From assembly GCF_036321535.1 (NCBI RefSeq), contig NC_087436.1, forward strand, positions 93,746,001 to 93,810,000: a DNA stretch of 64,000 nucleotides, written 5' to 3'. The stretch comes from Camelus dromedarius. Its lineage: Eukaryota. Shown in pieces: positions 25,915 to 39,252 of the stretch (positions are counted from its first letter, which is position 1; every line of letters begins with the position of its first letter). A model generated the notes under the pieces. The model ran no database searches and was not told where the DNA came from. It saw only the letters and a program-made list of their open reading frames with translations. The position numbers and the translations under genes were made by a program.

Positions 25915-27713
25915 CCAGCATCACCCTAATACCAAAACCAGAAAAAGTTATCACTAAAGAAGAAAGTTACAGGGCAAATCACTTATAAACATAGATGTAA
26001 AAATCCTCAACAAAATATTAGCAAACCAAATTCAACAGTATATTAAAAAGATCATATACCATGAGCAAGAGGGATTTATTCCAGGAATACAAGGATGGTT
26101 AAATACCTGCAAGTCAATCTGTGATGCTCCACATGAACAAACAGAAGAATAAAAATTATACAATCATCTCAACCAATACAGAAAAAGCTTTTGACAAAAT
26201 TCAACATCCATTTATGATTTTTTTAAAACCTCTCAATATAGTGAGTATAGAGAGAACATACCTCAGCGTAATAAAGGCTACAAATGACAGGCCCACAGCT
26301 GACATCAGTGAAAAGCTGAAAGCATTTCCTCTAAGATCATAAACAAGACAGGATGCCCACTCTCGCCACTTTTTTTCAACATAATATTAGAACTCCTAAC
26401 CATAGCAATGAGACAAGAAAAAGAAATAAAAGTAATCCATGTTGAAAGGAAGAAGTAAAACTGTAGCTGTTTCCAGATGACATGATACTATATGTTAAAA
26501 ATCCTAAAGACGCCATTAAGAAACTACTAGAACTCGTCAGTGAATTCAATGAAGTTGCAAGATACAAAATTAGTATACAGAAATCTGTTGTGTTTCTATA
26601 CACAATAACATACTATCAGAAAGAGGAAATTAAGAAAACAATCCTCTTTCTAATTGCATCAAAAAGAATAAAATACCTAGGAATAAACTTGACTAACGAG
26701 GTAAAAGAACTGTACTCAGAAAACTATAAGACACTGAGGAAGAAAACTGAAGATGACACAAGCAGATGGAAAGATATATGATGTTCATGGATTGGAAAAG
26801 CTAATATTGTTAAAATGACCATACTTCCCAAGGCAATCTACAGATTCAGTGCAATCCATATCAAAATACAAATGGCATTTTTCACAGGAATAGAACAAAT
26901 AATTCTAAAATATGTACGGAAACACAAAAAATCTCAAATAGCCAGAACAATCTTGAGGAAGAAGAACAAAGCTGGAGATAACACACTCCCTGATTTCAAA
27001 CTATACTACAAAGCTACAGTAATAAAAACATTTCTGGCACAAAAACAGACAGATCAATGGAACAGAATAGAGAGCACAGAAATGAACACTTATATGAGCA
27101 ATTAACTTGTGACAAAGGAGGCAAGAATATACAATTAAGGAAAGACAGCCTCTTCTGTAAACAGTGTTGGGAAAACTGAACAGCTACTTGCAAAAGAATC
27201 ATACTGAACTATTGTCTCACACCACATACAAAAATAAATTCAAAATGGATTAAGGACTTAAATGTAAGACTTTAAACCGTAAGACTTCTGGAAGAAAGAT
27301 AGGCAATAAGCTCTTTGACATCCATCTTAGTAATAGTCTTTTGGATACGTCTTCTCAGGCCAGGGAAACAAAAGCAAAAATAAATAAATGGGACTATATC
27401 AAACTAAAAAGCTTTTGCACAGTGAAGGAAACTATCAACAAAATGAAAAGGCTATCTGGTGAATGGGAGAAGACATTTGCAAATGATATATCAGATAAGG
27501 GGTTAATATCCAAAATATACAAAGAATTTATACAACTCAACATCAAAAAAGCAACCCATTTAAAAAATGGGCAGAGATTCTGAATAGACATTTTCCCAAA
27601 GACGTACAGATGGACAACAGGCACATGAAAAGGTGCTCAACATCACTGATCATCAGGGAAATGCAAATCAAAACCACAGTAAGATATCACTTCACACCTG
27701 CCAGAATGGCTAA

Positions 27714-27767
<54 letters not shown>

Positions 27768-28792
27768 CTAACATATGGTACAGCAGTTGCACTCCTGGAT
27801 ATTATCCAAAGAAAATGAAAACACTAATTAGAAAAGAGAAATAAACCCCTATGTTTATTGAAGCATTATTTATAGTAGTTAAGATATAAAAGCAACCTAA
27901 GTGCCCATATCAATAGGTGAATGGATAAAGAAGATGTAGAACATATAAATACATACAATGCAATAGTAGTCATAAAAAAGAATGAAATCTTACCATCTGC
28001 GACCTGTACCTAGAGGGTATGATGCTAAGTGAGATAAGTCAGACAGAGAAAGACAAATACTGTATGATTTTACTTACATATGGAATCTAAAAAGCAAAAC
28101 AAATGAACAAACATAATAAACAGAGTTACAGATACAGAGAACAAACAGGCGGTTGCCAGAGGAGAAAGGGGCCAGGAGAGGAAAGAAATAGGTGAGGGAG
28201 AGTGAAAGGTACAAACTTCCATTTGCAAAATAAATGTCACAAGTATGAAATACACTGTGTAGGAAATACAGTCAATAACTAAGTAATACCTTTGTATGGT
28301 GACGTACCATAACTAGACTTACGGTGATCATTTTGCAAGATACAGAAATATCAAATCACTATGTTGTATAACAGGAACTAACAGTGTTGTAGTCAGTTAT
28401 ACTTCAAAACAAACAAACTCATAGAAAGAGAGATCAGATTTGTGGTACCAGACGTGAGGGAGTCAGGAGGGAAACTGATGAAGACAGTCAAAAGGTACAA
28501 ACTTCAAGTTATAAATAAGTACTAGGGATATAATGTACAACATGATCATTATAATTAGCACTGCTGTGTGTCATATGTGAAAGTTGTTAAGAGAATTAAT
28601 CCTGAGTTCACATTACAAGAAAAAAAATTTTTTCTATCTCTTTAATTTTGTATCTATATGAGGTGATGAATAGTCACTAAACTTAATGTGATAATCATTT
28701 CATGATGCATGTAATCAAATCATTATGCTATACACCTTAAACTTATACAGTACTGTATGTCAGTTATATCTTAATAAAACTGGAAGAAAAAA
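25915..28792 (+). mobile_element. ~2.9-kb 5'-truncated L1 (decayed ORF2 RT/C-terminal region plus 3'UTR) nested in an older + strand L1M 3' end (25765-25914 and 28833-28965)
   Basis: ORF fragments match L1 ORF2 ([53 protein letters not shown]) with many stops and frameshifts; AATAAA 28773-28778 plus A tail; TSD core ttatgctaagt / ttacgctaagt. Confidence 0.93.
27721..27764 (+). repeat. (CA)22 microsatellite
   Basis: Perfect CA run inside the L1. Confidence 0.95.
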
Positions 28793-30024
28793 GGCTGGGC
28801 CTTATAATAAAATTTAGCCATTCTAAAAAAAACTTACGCTAAGTGAAAGGAGCAAGATTCAAAAGCTATGTATGATATGATTTCCACTTGTATGACATTT
28901 GGGAAAAGACAAAATTACACAGATAGAAACCAGACCAGTGGTGGGCTCAAGGTGAAGGGAAATAAAATTTATTTCAAGAACTTCTCTTGGCTTCACTCTA
29001 CTGACCTGTACCCTCTTACCTCTGCCCCCACCTTCCCAACTGTGGGATTTAGTATCAATTTAAGGTTGAGTTTCTAATGCAGAAACACAAACATGATTTT
29101 TCCCTAATTTTAATCTTGGAAATTGCCAGAAAGCAGGCATTTCCCTTGGCCTTCCAGTTTCTCTCCTGAGTGAGCATGAAGACAGCCTGGCTGTGTCTTC
29201 ATCCTCATGCTCTCTGTGCCCTTGTACTGCCTTGCAGTTCTGTGTCCCAGAAGAGAGCAAGTCATGGGGCTGAGCAGGGAGATGGCTGAGCAGATGCATT
29301 TTAAGAATTGAGTGCTATGCTGGTTCTATTAGGATCCTGAATCATCGAGGGTAACGACTGATTTGTGCTCACCTCCCACCACCTAGCAGTGGGGGACGTG
29401 AGAACTCTCCGGCGAGCTGGGGGAAGAAGGGGTACATCGGGTCTCTTTATAGTACATTGAGTGCCAGGGAGTTGCCCACTGTCTTCGGTCTGGTGGGAGG
29501 TTCTGTCTGCTGAATATTGCATAAAGAAAATGAGCTGCGCTCCCTACCGAGGCCTTGGAAATGTCTTCCACTTACAAAGATTTTTGTTGTGCACTTTTAT
29601 TATAAATAGCCTTTGCATTTTATAGAGCAGAACAGGAAGACTCCAGGCCATTGAGCAGGAGAATTTTTTCCCCCTAAAATTTTCATTAGAGCTGAGTTAA
29701 AAGAGATACTATAGTAAAACCTGGAGGTCTTTTAGAATAAAGGTCTCACCTTTATGTGAGTGCAAGCAAAGCTGCTGCTGTATCCGATGTTTTGTGGGGC
29801 AGTGGAGGTTTTCTTTTACAAATGCATATTATGGATTCCTCCAAGAGCAGCCATCAAGTACACATTCTTTAAAAATAAGTTGAGAAGGATTGCTCTTGGT
29901 CCACAATTCCCTGGCTTTCATTCCCCAGGTTCATTGTAGGTCTGAGCTTTCATCCTTTTTTGCTGTTTATTTGTCATTGTGGTCATTGTTTGGCTAATTT
30001 ACATGTGAGTTCTTGCCACTCAGA

Positions 30025-30170
30025 GTGGAGTCTTTGGACTAGAGCATCAGCGTCACTCAGGAGCTTCTCAGAAATGCAGGCCCCACCCCAAACCTACTGA
30101 ATCAGAATCAGCATTTTCACAGCTCCTCAGCAGTGTATTTGCACATTGAAGTTTGAAAGGCACTGATCTA
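30025..30170. mobile_element. MER5B-like MITE (second copy ~30500-30662)
   Basis: agaaatgcaggccccaccccaaacctactgaatcagaatc...ttgaagtttgaaaggcactg. Confidence 0.7.
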
Positions 30171-31934
30171 GGTTAAGGTCCTCCCCAGACATCCCACCTG
30201 CTCTGTTGATAACCTTGTGAGGATCATGTGTGACCCTCCGAAATGCACCCCTGGTGAATTTGCTTGCTGTCCACGTCGGTGAGAGTGGGTACATGCCACT
30301 TCACTACAAATAAACGGAACTCAGTAAGTGCTCGGTGCTGACCTGGGCACGAGAGACACAAACCTGAAACCAGCATGACTGAGCTCCCAGGAGCTCAGTC
30401 TAGCGGGGACACAGAATGAGTTACAGCATCACATTGTCCATTGTCTTTGTGTCTCTTGACTTCCTTCACCCACACAGTGTTCCAATCCCCTACTCTTGAA
30501 AAAGTTTCTCAATGTACAGCCCATGGGCCACCTGCCTCTGAATCCTTTGGGTGCCTAAGAGCAAGGGGTCACTCCAGACCCTGTGAGTCATACTTTTCGA
30601 GTGAGCCCAGGCATCTTCATTTCAACAATTCTTATGCACATTGTAATGTGAGAACCACTGACTGAGGTGCTGCTTTGATATCCTTGGTGATTATGCGTTG
30701 TGATATGAAGGGATATTTAAATACAGTCTCAAATGTCCAGGGAGTCATTTGGAGCTTTCCTCATACTAAACTCAGGGAAGAGTTCCACGTGGACCCCAAG
30801 TTCAAAGCTGCTTTTATCTTTGGGTGACGCGATGTAAGGATCTTTGTGGATGGTATTTAAGGATTGTTCAAATCCATATTTATATGTTTTCTAGCTGCAT
30901 GGTGTCTAGGAGGAAATTAAAATGCCTTGTTCTATAATGAGTTAACAGTCTGAACGTTGTTATGACAATCCCGTGACTTTTTTGTTTAATGTTGATACTC
31001 ATCTAATCAAACAAATTGAAATTGGATTATAGCTGTTGCACATTATAGCAGTTATTATCCAGTTTAAATGCAGGTCTGAAGGAAATAAAATTGATTTTTC
31101 TATGCTACTTGCAGACACCATAACTTATTGGTGTGCTCTTTGAATTTTCAATTAGGTTTGTACAGAGGAGAGTAAGATTAATGGTTGGATTTTTTTAAAT
31201 TTTCTTAATGTATTATGTAAATAAACTGTAATATTTCATTCTAATTAGGGAGTCAGATGACTTTTAAAAGTTTGGTGATCTGCTTCCATATTTTTATTTA
31301 AGGCATGTCAGGTTTTTAATATGGATACTAATTTTGAGGAACATTTTTATTTTTAGAAAGGAAAAAAGAAAATAATAGAGTAGAACACCATTATAAACTC
31401 AGTTACTACAGTAATAGCTACTTTATTTTTCAGGGAATGAGCTGAAATATGCACCATAATTTCAGATAACTGAACCTATCCTTCAATAAACCAAACCCTT
31501 TTTTAAAAATTGCCTTCATTCTACAAACACCTTTTGTATACCTGCTCTGGGTAAGCACCATGCCCAATGCTAGGGATTCAGAGTTGATCTAACATAAGTC
31601 CTTCACAAAAATAGACATTTCGGTACCACTGATTGCTCTTAAGGAAGAGAGAGGTCAGAAAACACAGAGGCAAGAATGGTGGGCCCTGGGGAATAGGGAG
31701 AGGCTTCAGGGAAGAGGTGACTTTTGATCTGGACCTTGACTCCAAAGTAGGAGTTGGCAAAATGGACATTTATGCCTTAAATTATAAAGGCATTACATGC
31801 CAATTACATGCTCATTTTAAAAGTACCCATAAAAATATTGATTTATTAAATTTGATTACTATTAAAGGTATTTAGCACTTACTGTGTGTCAGGGAATGTG
31901 CTTGCTGCTGAACATACAGTGGGGAACAAAATCA

Positions 31935-32498
31935 CTCTTAGATTTCATAATCTGCTGCAAGGATTCACAGGAAATCACTGCAAGTTATATACTCACAGTT
32001 ATGGGGTTTGCTTTGCTTTGTTTTGTTGGTTTTTTTTTTTTTTTTAACAGCCAAAGGATACAGATTAAACTTAGCCAAGAGAAGAGGTACATAGGGCAGA
32101 GTCCTGGAGAGATCCATACACAGAGCTTCTATGGTCCTCTCCCCGTGGAGTCTGGACCGCATAGCTTTCCCAGCACTGATATGTGACAGTGCGCATAGAG
32201 TGTCTCCAACCAGGGAAGCCCATCCAAGCCTTGGTGTCCAGAATTTTTATTGGGGCTCCATCACATAGACATGGCTGACCACCCTCCTGGCTGAGCTCCT
32301 TCAGAGGTGGAATTGATGCTGAATGACCCAAAGCCCCTACCCTAAATCACATTGTTAGATTGTCTGGTGTGACCCAAGACCCCCAGGAAAACAAAAACAC
32401 TCACATCAGGTGTGACATTCCATGCCCTTACGGATTTCCTCCCAGAAGCCAAGGGCAAAGGCAAGACCTCTCTTTGGCCAAAGCTGAATTCTTTACAG
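31935..32498. mobile_element. MER21-like ERVL LTR inserted into an L2 (L2 pieces ~31510-31930 and ~32500-33150)
   Basis: aaaggatacagattaaa...ccaaccagggaagc-catccaagccttggtgtccaga...cccaaagcccctaccctaaatcacattgttaga. Confidence 0.7.
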
Positions 32499-34479
32499 GA
32501 ACAAAACCAGACACTACTATAAGTTTATAAAACTCACCATAAAGTGAAGAAGATGAGGACTATGCAGAAAGAGTCCAGATGCTTAGGGTTGTGAGGTGGG
32601 CAGTTCTGTCAGTGGGGAAGTTTTTCCCAAGGCAGTGGCCTGGAACCTGAAGGATGAGAGAGATTAGCCCAGTGAGTGGTGCAGTGAAGAGCATTCCAGG
32701 AGGAGGAGGCAGTTGGTGCAAAGGCCTTGAGTTGGGAAGTAGCTGAATGTGGTCCAGAAATTGGGAGGAGATGAGACTGGAGCAGACAGAAAAAGGAGGG
32801 ATGTGGTTGCAGCATTAACTAGAGAGAAAATAGGGACCAGATCCCAGGTGGCCTCAGACACCCTGCGAATGATTATAGACTTTGTCTTCAATCAGTGGGA
32901 TACCATTGTAGAGGTTTAAAGCAGGATCGTGGATGCTTGGATTTGTGATTTATTTTTAAAAGGGTCACTTGTGTGGCTGCTGTGAGAATAGCCAGTTGGG
33001 TACAAGAGTAAACACTCAGAGACTGTTAGAAGACTACTGTGACCATCCCGATGGGAGAAGATGGTGGCTGGAGCTAGGTGGTAGCAGGGGAGCAGGCGAG
33101 AGGGGGCACGTTTGGAGAGCAGTAGGAGGTAGAGTTGGCAGGTCTTGTCAGGCATGACTTTCCTGCCAGCAGACCCTTGGCTGTGGGCATCTGGCAGCCC
33201 CATCTGATTTGTTGCTTCCACTTGGCTATAGGCAGAGACTCAGATAACCAGACTACTAGAAATTACGTGTAAGGAAGGAAGGGCAGCCTTTGAAGGAGTG
33301 ACAGGTGCAATCCTGGGAAGTCGGTTCATGTCTCCAGAGTTGGTAATACCTATTCTGACTGCTGAACCCCAAGACTCAAACCCACTCTCACTTCTAGTTG
33401 AAGGTGTCTGCCAAACAATTGTGGTTGCCAAGCACTTCACTGTAAACAACTCTTCTAAATAACTGAGGTATTACCGGTCATAGATTAAGTACACCATGAA
33501 TTAAATCACGCCTCCCTCGAAAGACAATCGTTAACCAGAAAAGCCCAATATGGAGTTGTCAGCACAGAGCCTGGCACTTAGGAGGAGCTTAATAAATGTT
33601 GAATGAGTGAGATATTTAAGCCTCTTTTAAAACAGGAACATTAAAAAGAGCTTCCAGGACACCTGTGGTGTGTTTTACTAAACCCAGACAAGGCCTTTTA
33701 GTAGTTACCTAGTCCCTTGATTTTGCATGTGTATTTTGTATTTTCTGTTCCTTCCTCTATGAAAGGAGTGTACTGAACTTCGATTTTGGCAGAAAACATG
33801 TCTGATGTCCCCTGCCTGTTTCATTTTGTAATCACTCAATCATATTAACTTATTCTTGCCCAGAAACAATTAGAAATAGGAAATACTTTCAGTATACACA
33901 GGATATAGTCAGTAAGAGACTGGATTTTACTTTCAAAACTATTGTGGCCAGTGGCTGGCCAGCACTCTTGTTTGAAATGCTGTCACTTAGCTAGCGGGAC
34001 GCTCTTGTGCTTCCATGTATATGGTGGGGCAGGGGACGGGCTCTTAGCTAGAGATGACAACGTTGTGGTGCCAGTGTCATCTTGGCTAAGTCAGCAGTAA
34101 ATAAAAGGTGACTTAAGAGAGACGGGGATGGGGAAGGTGTGGAAGAGTGAGCCAGTATTAAGTGTTCCGTGTAAATTGGTAGGGAATCTGTAAAAAATAC
34201 ATTTCAGCTTAGTTCAAAACTTGATGCCTGACTGAGCAAGCTACAGTTTGTTTCTGCTTTGTTGTGGTATCGGGGAGGCGTTCTGGCTGTGGGTTGCAGT
34301 ACGCCCCCTCTCTCACCCCATCTCCCTGGCACAGATCAGGCAGGTCGTGTGAGAAACCAGAACCCCAGGCCAGGGATGTTAACTTTTTAGAGGTTCATTG
34401 GGATTAGAATGAATTTTCCAGGTCCTGGGAGTCCAAAAAGGGAAATATTAGTCCTAGAATGGGAGTATGCTGGGATGGG

Positions 34480-34940
34480 GGTACTCCGCCCCTCTCTACA
34501 GGTTCTGAGGCCGGTCCCGGTGGCTGGGAGCACCTGGCGGGGGCACCTGGCGGGCGGCGGGCGGGGCGGCGGCCCACGTGCCTCCCCGGCAGCCAATGGA
34601 CGGCGGCGGGCGGGCCGGGCGCGGGGAGGCGCGGATTGCACCCGCTTCAACTTGAGACGGAAGGGACGCACCGCTGCTGGTGTGAGCGACTCCTCCGGGG
34701 TGGCTGGTGCCCGCACTCCGGCCTCGGCCCCGAGCGCGAGCGGCATCCTCACCCAGGGCCGCCCGGAGGCCGAGGTGAGGGACGTGGGGAGGAGGCGGCG
34801 CGCCTTTGTCTGCAGGTGCGCGCGGAGGTAACCAGCGGGGTCGGCGGCCGAGCTCGCGCCCGGGGGGCCCGTGGGACAAAGGCTGCGCCCTCCCTTCCTC
34901 AGAGTCCGCGCTTAGCTGGGGGCGGCCAGGAGGGCTGAGG
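34480..34940 (+). promoter_or_regulatory. Intronic CpG island / internal promoter with candidate non-coding first exon(s)
   Basis: Very GC- and CpG-dense; GC boxes (GGGCGG), two CACCTG, CACGTG 34575-34580, CCAAT 34593-34597; + strand donors GAG|gtgagg (34774) and GAG|gtaacc (34827). Confidence 0.85.
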
Positions 34941-37079
34941 AGGGGTCTTTCGATTTTGCTGGAGGGAAGGGTGAGGATTGTATGAAATGCGGGGAAGGTA
35001 GAGGAGTCTTTTGATCCAGTTTACCAGCGTGGCAGGAAGCTGTTCAGTGGATGGTCTGCGCTGGTCATTTCTGTTGAGCCCAGTGTTATGATTGAGTCAG
35101 TGAGTGCATTCATCGCACGTGCCCTATGATGAATCCCCATGTATGTCTTTTTGTCGGTATTAGGAGTGAAAAATATCGCAGGATTTGGTAATTGATTTTT
35201 GAATTAAAAGCAGTATGTTTGGTGTAGAAAGACTGCAGTTCCAAAAATTTTGGTTATAGGACAACAACATTGGTGTGACTTCCATTTGAGAAAATGTCTC
35301 AAATTCTCAAAATGTAGAAAAGCAGCCAACTTATCACGTGCTTGCTCTTGGCCCTGAAGTAGGTTTTTGTTTTGTTTTTTAAGAAAAATATGATTTAAAT
35401 ATTGCACACAACACTTGACTGGATCTTCAGGCTATCCGTGTCTTTTCTATCTATTATCTGTTTTCCTGTACCAATACTGTATCTGAGCACGTCTATTGAT
35501 TCCCTAGTTAATATGTTAGCTGTGAATCTTCATTACTGTGTTGGGTAGGAGGAGGCGGGGGAGGAGGAAATCCTATTAGTCTTTTCTTTCTTTTTATAAC
35601 ATCAGCTGCAGCCTGGCTTTGACTTGTGTCATGAATGGTGGATTTCGCCTGCTTTCCTCGTGTTCTCTTTCCAGTTTTCTTAGACCATTGAGTGATCAGT
35701 CCTTCCTCCAACCTTACTTTGACACAAAAACAGTTTTTAAGTTTTCTCCCTAAAGTTCAGATCTTTGCTACTGCTTTTGAGTTATTATTTGCTTTATGAA
35801 GCTTTTCAGGACAAAGGTGTCCTGAGGCCTTTCCCAAGAAGTTAGAAGCATAATGTATTGTGAGAACAGCCCTAAATCTGTATTTGTAAATTTCACCTAT
35901 AATTTTGGAAGTTATCTGTGGCTGTGTTGTCCAAAGTGAAATTTGCATAAAAAGTGTAATAGGGGAAAGACTTTCCACAAGGCATCAGGCATTATTGTCA
36001 AAGAAGCTGCTGTTGCTCTTGGCTCAGAGTGAAGGTGTGGGGTATGTGCTGGTCTGGTCAGGAACCTCACCCTTCTGAGAGCTGCTGGTTTGTTTATGAG
36101 TTTTTCTGTCATTCTAGCAAGTCCTGGCTTTTGAGCAATGGGGATAGTTTATTTAACAAGCATTTATTGAACACTGCTGTGTGCTTGGCGTTGGCACTAA
36201 TGATGAAGTGGTAAATACAAGTAACTTCTTGCTTTCTTAGAGCTCACACTGTGCTGGCATAGGGCCCATTTCAGGTCTTCTGAACGGGAGCATTCCTGGG
36301 AAGCAGTGCGGATGACCCTGAGCTGAGCCAAGAGGGTGTGGCTGCTGGCTGCTGCCCTGGAGGTCAGCTGCACCCAGGGCTGTAGGTACCAGACCAGCGG
36401 GGCACTGCGCTGGGCTCAGTCTTCTCGAATCTGCTTGCCTTGATCATGGATACCTCTCAGAGGAGTCTGGGACTGCAAGGAGGGCCAGAAGCTGAGTTCT
36501 AAAAGAGCTTGAACAGTGGCATTGTTTTTTGGATTCCGGTCTGTTTCAAAAACTATCATTCCTGCCATCTCCTAGGCTCATCTCCATGGCTTTCATCTTG
36601 AATAGCCCCTCAGGGAAATGAATTTCATTCTCTTCCACCGACTGAGCAAAACTTTACATCTGTCCCCAGTCTCCCAGGTGTCAAGAGGTGACCTCTAGGT
36701 TGAGAGACCTGGAACACAGTTGGAAAACCCCTGTTGTGCACTCTCTACTTCTCATGGATTGGGGGTAGTCAACTGATGATGTGTCATTTCTTACTTGTTG
36801 GGTTTTCAGACTTTTCCACAAATCCCTAGGGTCACGTGAAAACATACTAAATAGTAGTGTAATTTGTTCTTTTCAAGTGCTCGAATGTAACATTTTAAAG
36901 AAAGTTTTAGCCCTTTGAATTCCTCTATACTTAACATAGTACCTGGCATAGGATGCTCTCCATAAATAATTGAATTGTTGGATGGGCAGATGAATGAGTG
37001 TAGGTGAAATATTTCATTTTCTGTTTTTAGGGTTTAACTATGATTATCACGTTACTTGGCATTTATAGTCTACAGATTA

Positions 37080-37810
37080 ATTTTCTGTTCAGCAGATGTA
37101 GAACATCTGTGTGTCAGGCATCTCGTGAGGTACATGCAGGAATGAGACAGGGTTCAGAGAGGCAGGAGATAAACTGGAAAACTGATTCAGGAAGCAGGAT
37201 ACGATAGATTATGATAAATCCTGTGAGGTCAACAGCACCATGCAGCAGAGAGAGTACCTCTGGGGAAAGGGGACACCAAGAGGCGGCCAATCCTAGGAGG
37301 TGTCATTTGAGCTGAGCTTGAAGGCTGAGGAGAAGCCAGGAGGAACAGGGAAGGTCGGGGGATGAGGGGTGCTCAGCATGTTCAAGGATGCAAGGCAAAG
37401 GCCAGCGTGGCTGGAGCTGGGAGCAAGGAGGCCAATGATGTGTGCTGGGGTGGAAGAGGAAGTTGGGGACCGGGGTGGTGGAGGGAAACGAGATCATGCA
37501 GGGCTTTTGGTTATGGTGGAAGGTTCAGGTTTTCTTTTTAATTCCGTGAGAAGTCTCTGAAGGGTGGTAACCAGAGGCGTGCCATGATCTAAGTTATTTC
37601 ATAAAGCAAGATCTTAGTGAATGCTGTTAAGGGACATTGATGTCGGGAGCTGAGGTGGAAACTGGGGGACCAGTTAGCAAGTCCTGGTCCAGAAAAGATC
37701 AAGTAGTGGCAGAGGGGATGAGGGGAAGTTGATTGTGGAGATTGAACTGGAAGGGTTGACTGTAGAAGATTCAGAAGGGGTCATTATCTAGGACCATACC
37801 TGGGTTTTTA
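37080..37810 (-). mobile_element. L2 LINE fragment
   Basis: ggaggtgtcatttgagctgagcttgaagg...gccagcgtggctggagc purine-rich L2 signature. Confidence 0.6.
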
Positions 37811-39059
37811 GATTCATTGTTTATTTCTGTTGGAAATACATATTAATAAAAAGAATGTATAAAGACAGTTAAGCAGTGGAGCAACTCACTTTCCATGTGT
37901 GTTTTACCAAGACCTTGACTTAGTTTTGTTTTATCCTCCAGTGAACTGCTGTGCATTTGGCCATCTTTCCGGGATGTTTTCACCCTTCAGTGCCCTGACT
38001 GTCCTTCTCAACTGTTATCAGACCTTTGAGCATTTTCTGTGTTCTGTCATAAAAATAAAGGATCAAAGTAAGAAAGAAGACAGGTTTAAGCTTTAATCCA
38101 CATGGAGTTACTCTACCTTTGCTTCCAGATTTATAAGAAACCATTGATAACTGCATTTGAAGTTGTTTATTTCAGAGACAACATCCAGCATCGTTCCAAC
38201 AACTGGTAGTCTGTTGTAAATAAAACTTGTTCCATATCTATTTCAAATCAGAAAGAGTAAAATTCCTTAGTAACTTTGCAGGAAATTCACTGTGCATTTT
38301 GCAAGCTAGAAAAGCCATGTCCTTGTATCTAACAAGTAGAGAAATGAAATATTTGGTCTCTGATGGGATTTTTTGGCCCCACCTTCTAGCCTCAGATTTG
38401 TAAACATGAAAGCTTACAATGTCTTTGCCAGTCAACTTTGGTTTTGAAACCAACTTTGGTTTGGGCTTGCAAAAAAACAAAAATAGAAACACAAGTAGAA
38501 AATATCCCTTCTGCAGTCAGAATTTTAGGCAGACGAGAAGGGGCAGAAGTCACTGGGGCTGCCATCCCCTGTGACCTGGAAGCCTGGAGTGGTTACTCTA
38601 GAACATGTAAGCATGTCTGGGGATGAATAAATTATGACAGTTGAAATAATTATGATAGAGGAGAAGCAGCTGCAGAGAGCATGGTTGACAATTCGGGCTG
38701 ATTTGGCCTGATTCTGTCATGTCAAAGCATGCATCTGTTTGCCAGGTTACATGAAAATGCTGTTTTCAAGGAGTCTAATGTGTTTTGCTTTTTATTGCCA
38801 CCCCCCCTCCAAAAAAGAAAAGAAAAGAAAAACATTCTAAGAAGAGTCATAGTCTGCTAGTGACTCTTTTAAAATAAAACGGCTAGCATAGAGATCCATG
38901 TTGATCTGACCCAGGCTGGGCATCCGTGTAAGATTTTAGTTGAGCAAAAGATATTTTCATTCTAAAGCAGCTGCAAACTGGAAGAGCTCTTACTCTTGCA
39001 TCTGGGTGGAATAGCTTCCAGCTGGCCCTGGAGTTTGTCGCCTGTAACAAGGATTATTC

Positions 39060-39200
39060 CACCACCTCCGCCAGTCGCATGGGTTTAATGCACGCTTGGT
39101 TTACTGCTCTGCTGGTACCATCTTGAAATTTGTAATAATTTTTCATGTAGGCCTTGCATTTTCATTTTGCTCTGGGCTCCACATGTTTTTCAGCTGGTCC
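39060..39200. mobile_element. MER91-like hAT-Tip100 MITE
   Basis: ccatcttgaaatt-gtaataattttt...gcattttcattttgc-ctggg. Confidence 0.6.
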
Positions 39201-39252
39201 TAATCTCAGTGTCTGTCCGTGTTGTATGTTGCACCCTTGAATCACGTTGTCA

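Noticed and set aside
26121..27583. Reverse-transcriptase-like ORFs as a functional or novel RT system
   Set aside because: Fragments of a 5'-truncated L1 ORF2 broken by stops and frameshifts.
34574..34597. CCACG plus CCAAT as an ER-stress element
   Set aside because: Order and spacing do not match CCAAT-N9-CCACG or ATTGG-N-CCACG on either strand.
34387..34938. Four overlapping 121-159 aa ORFs on both strands
   Set aside because: Low-complexity Gly/Arg/Ala/Pro translations expected from a stop-poor CpG island; no recognisable domain.
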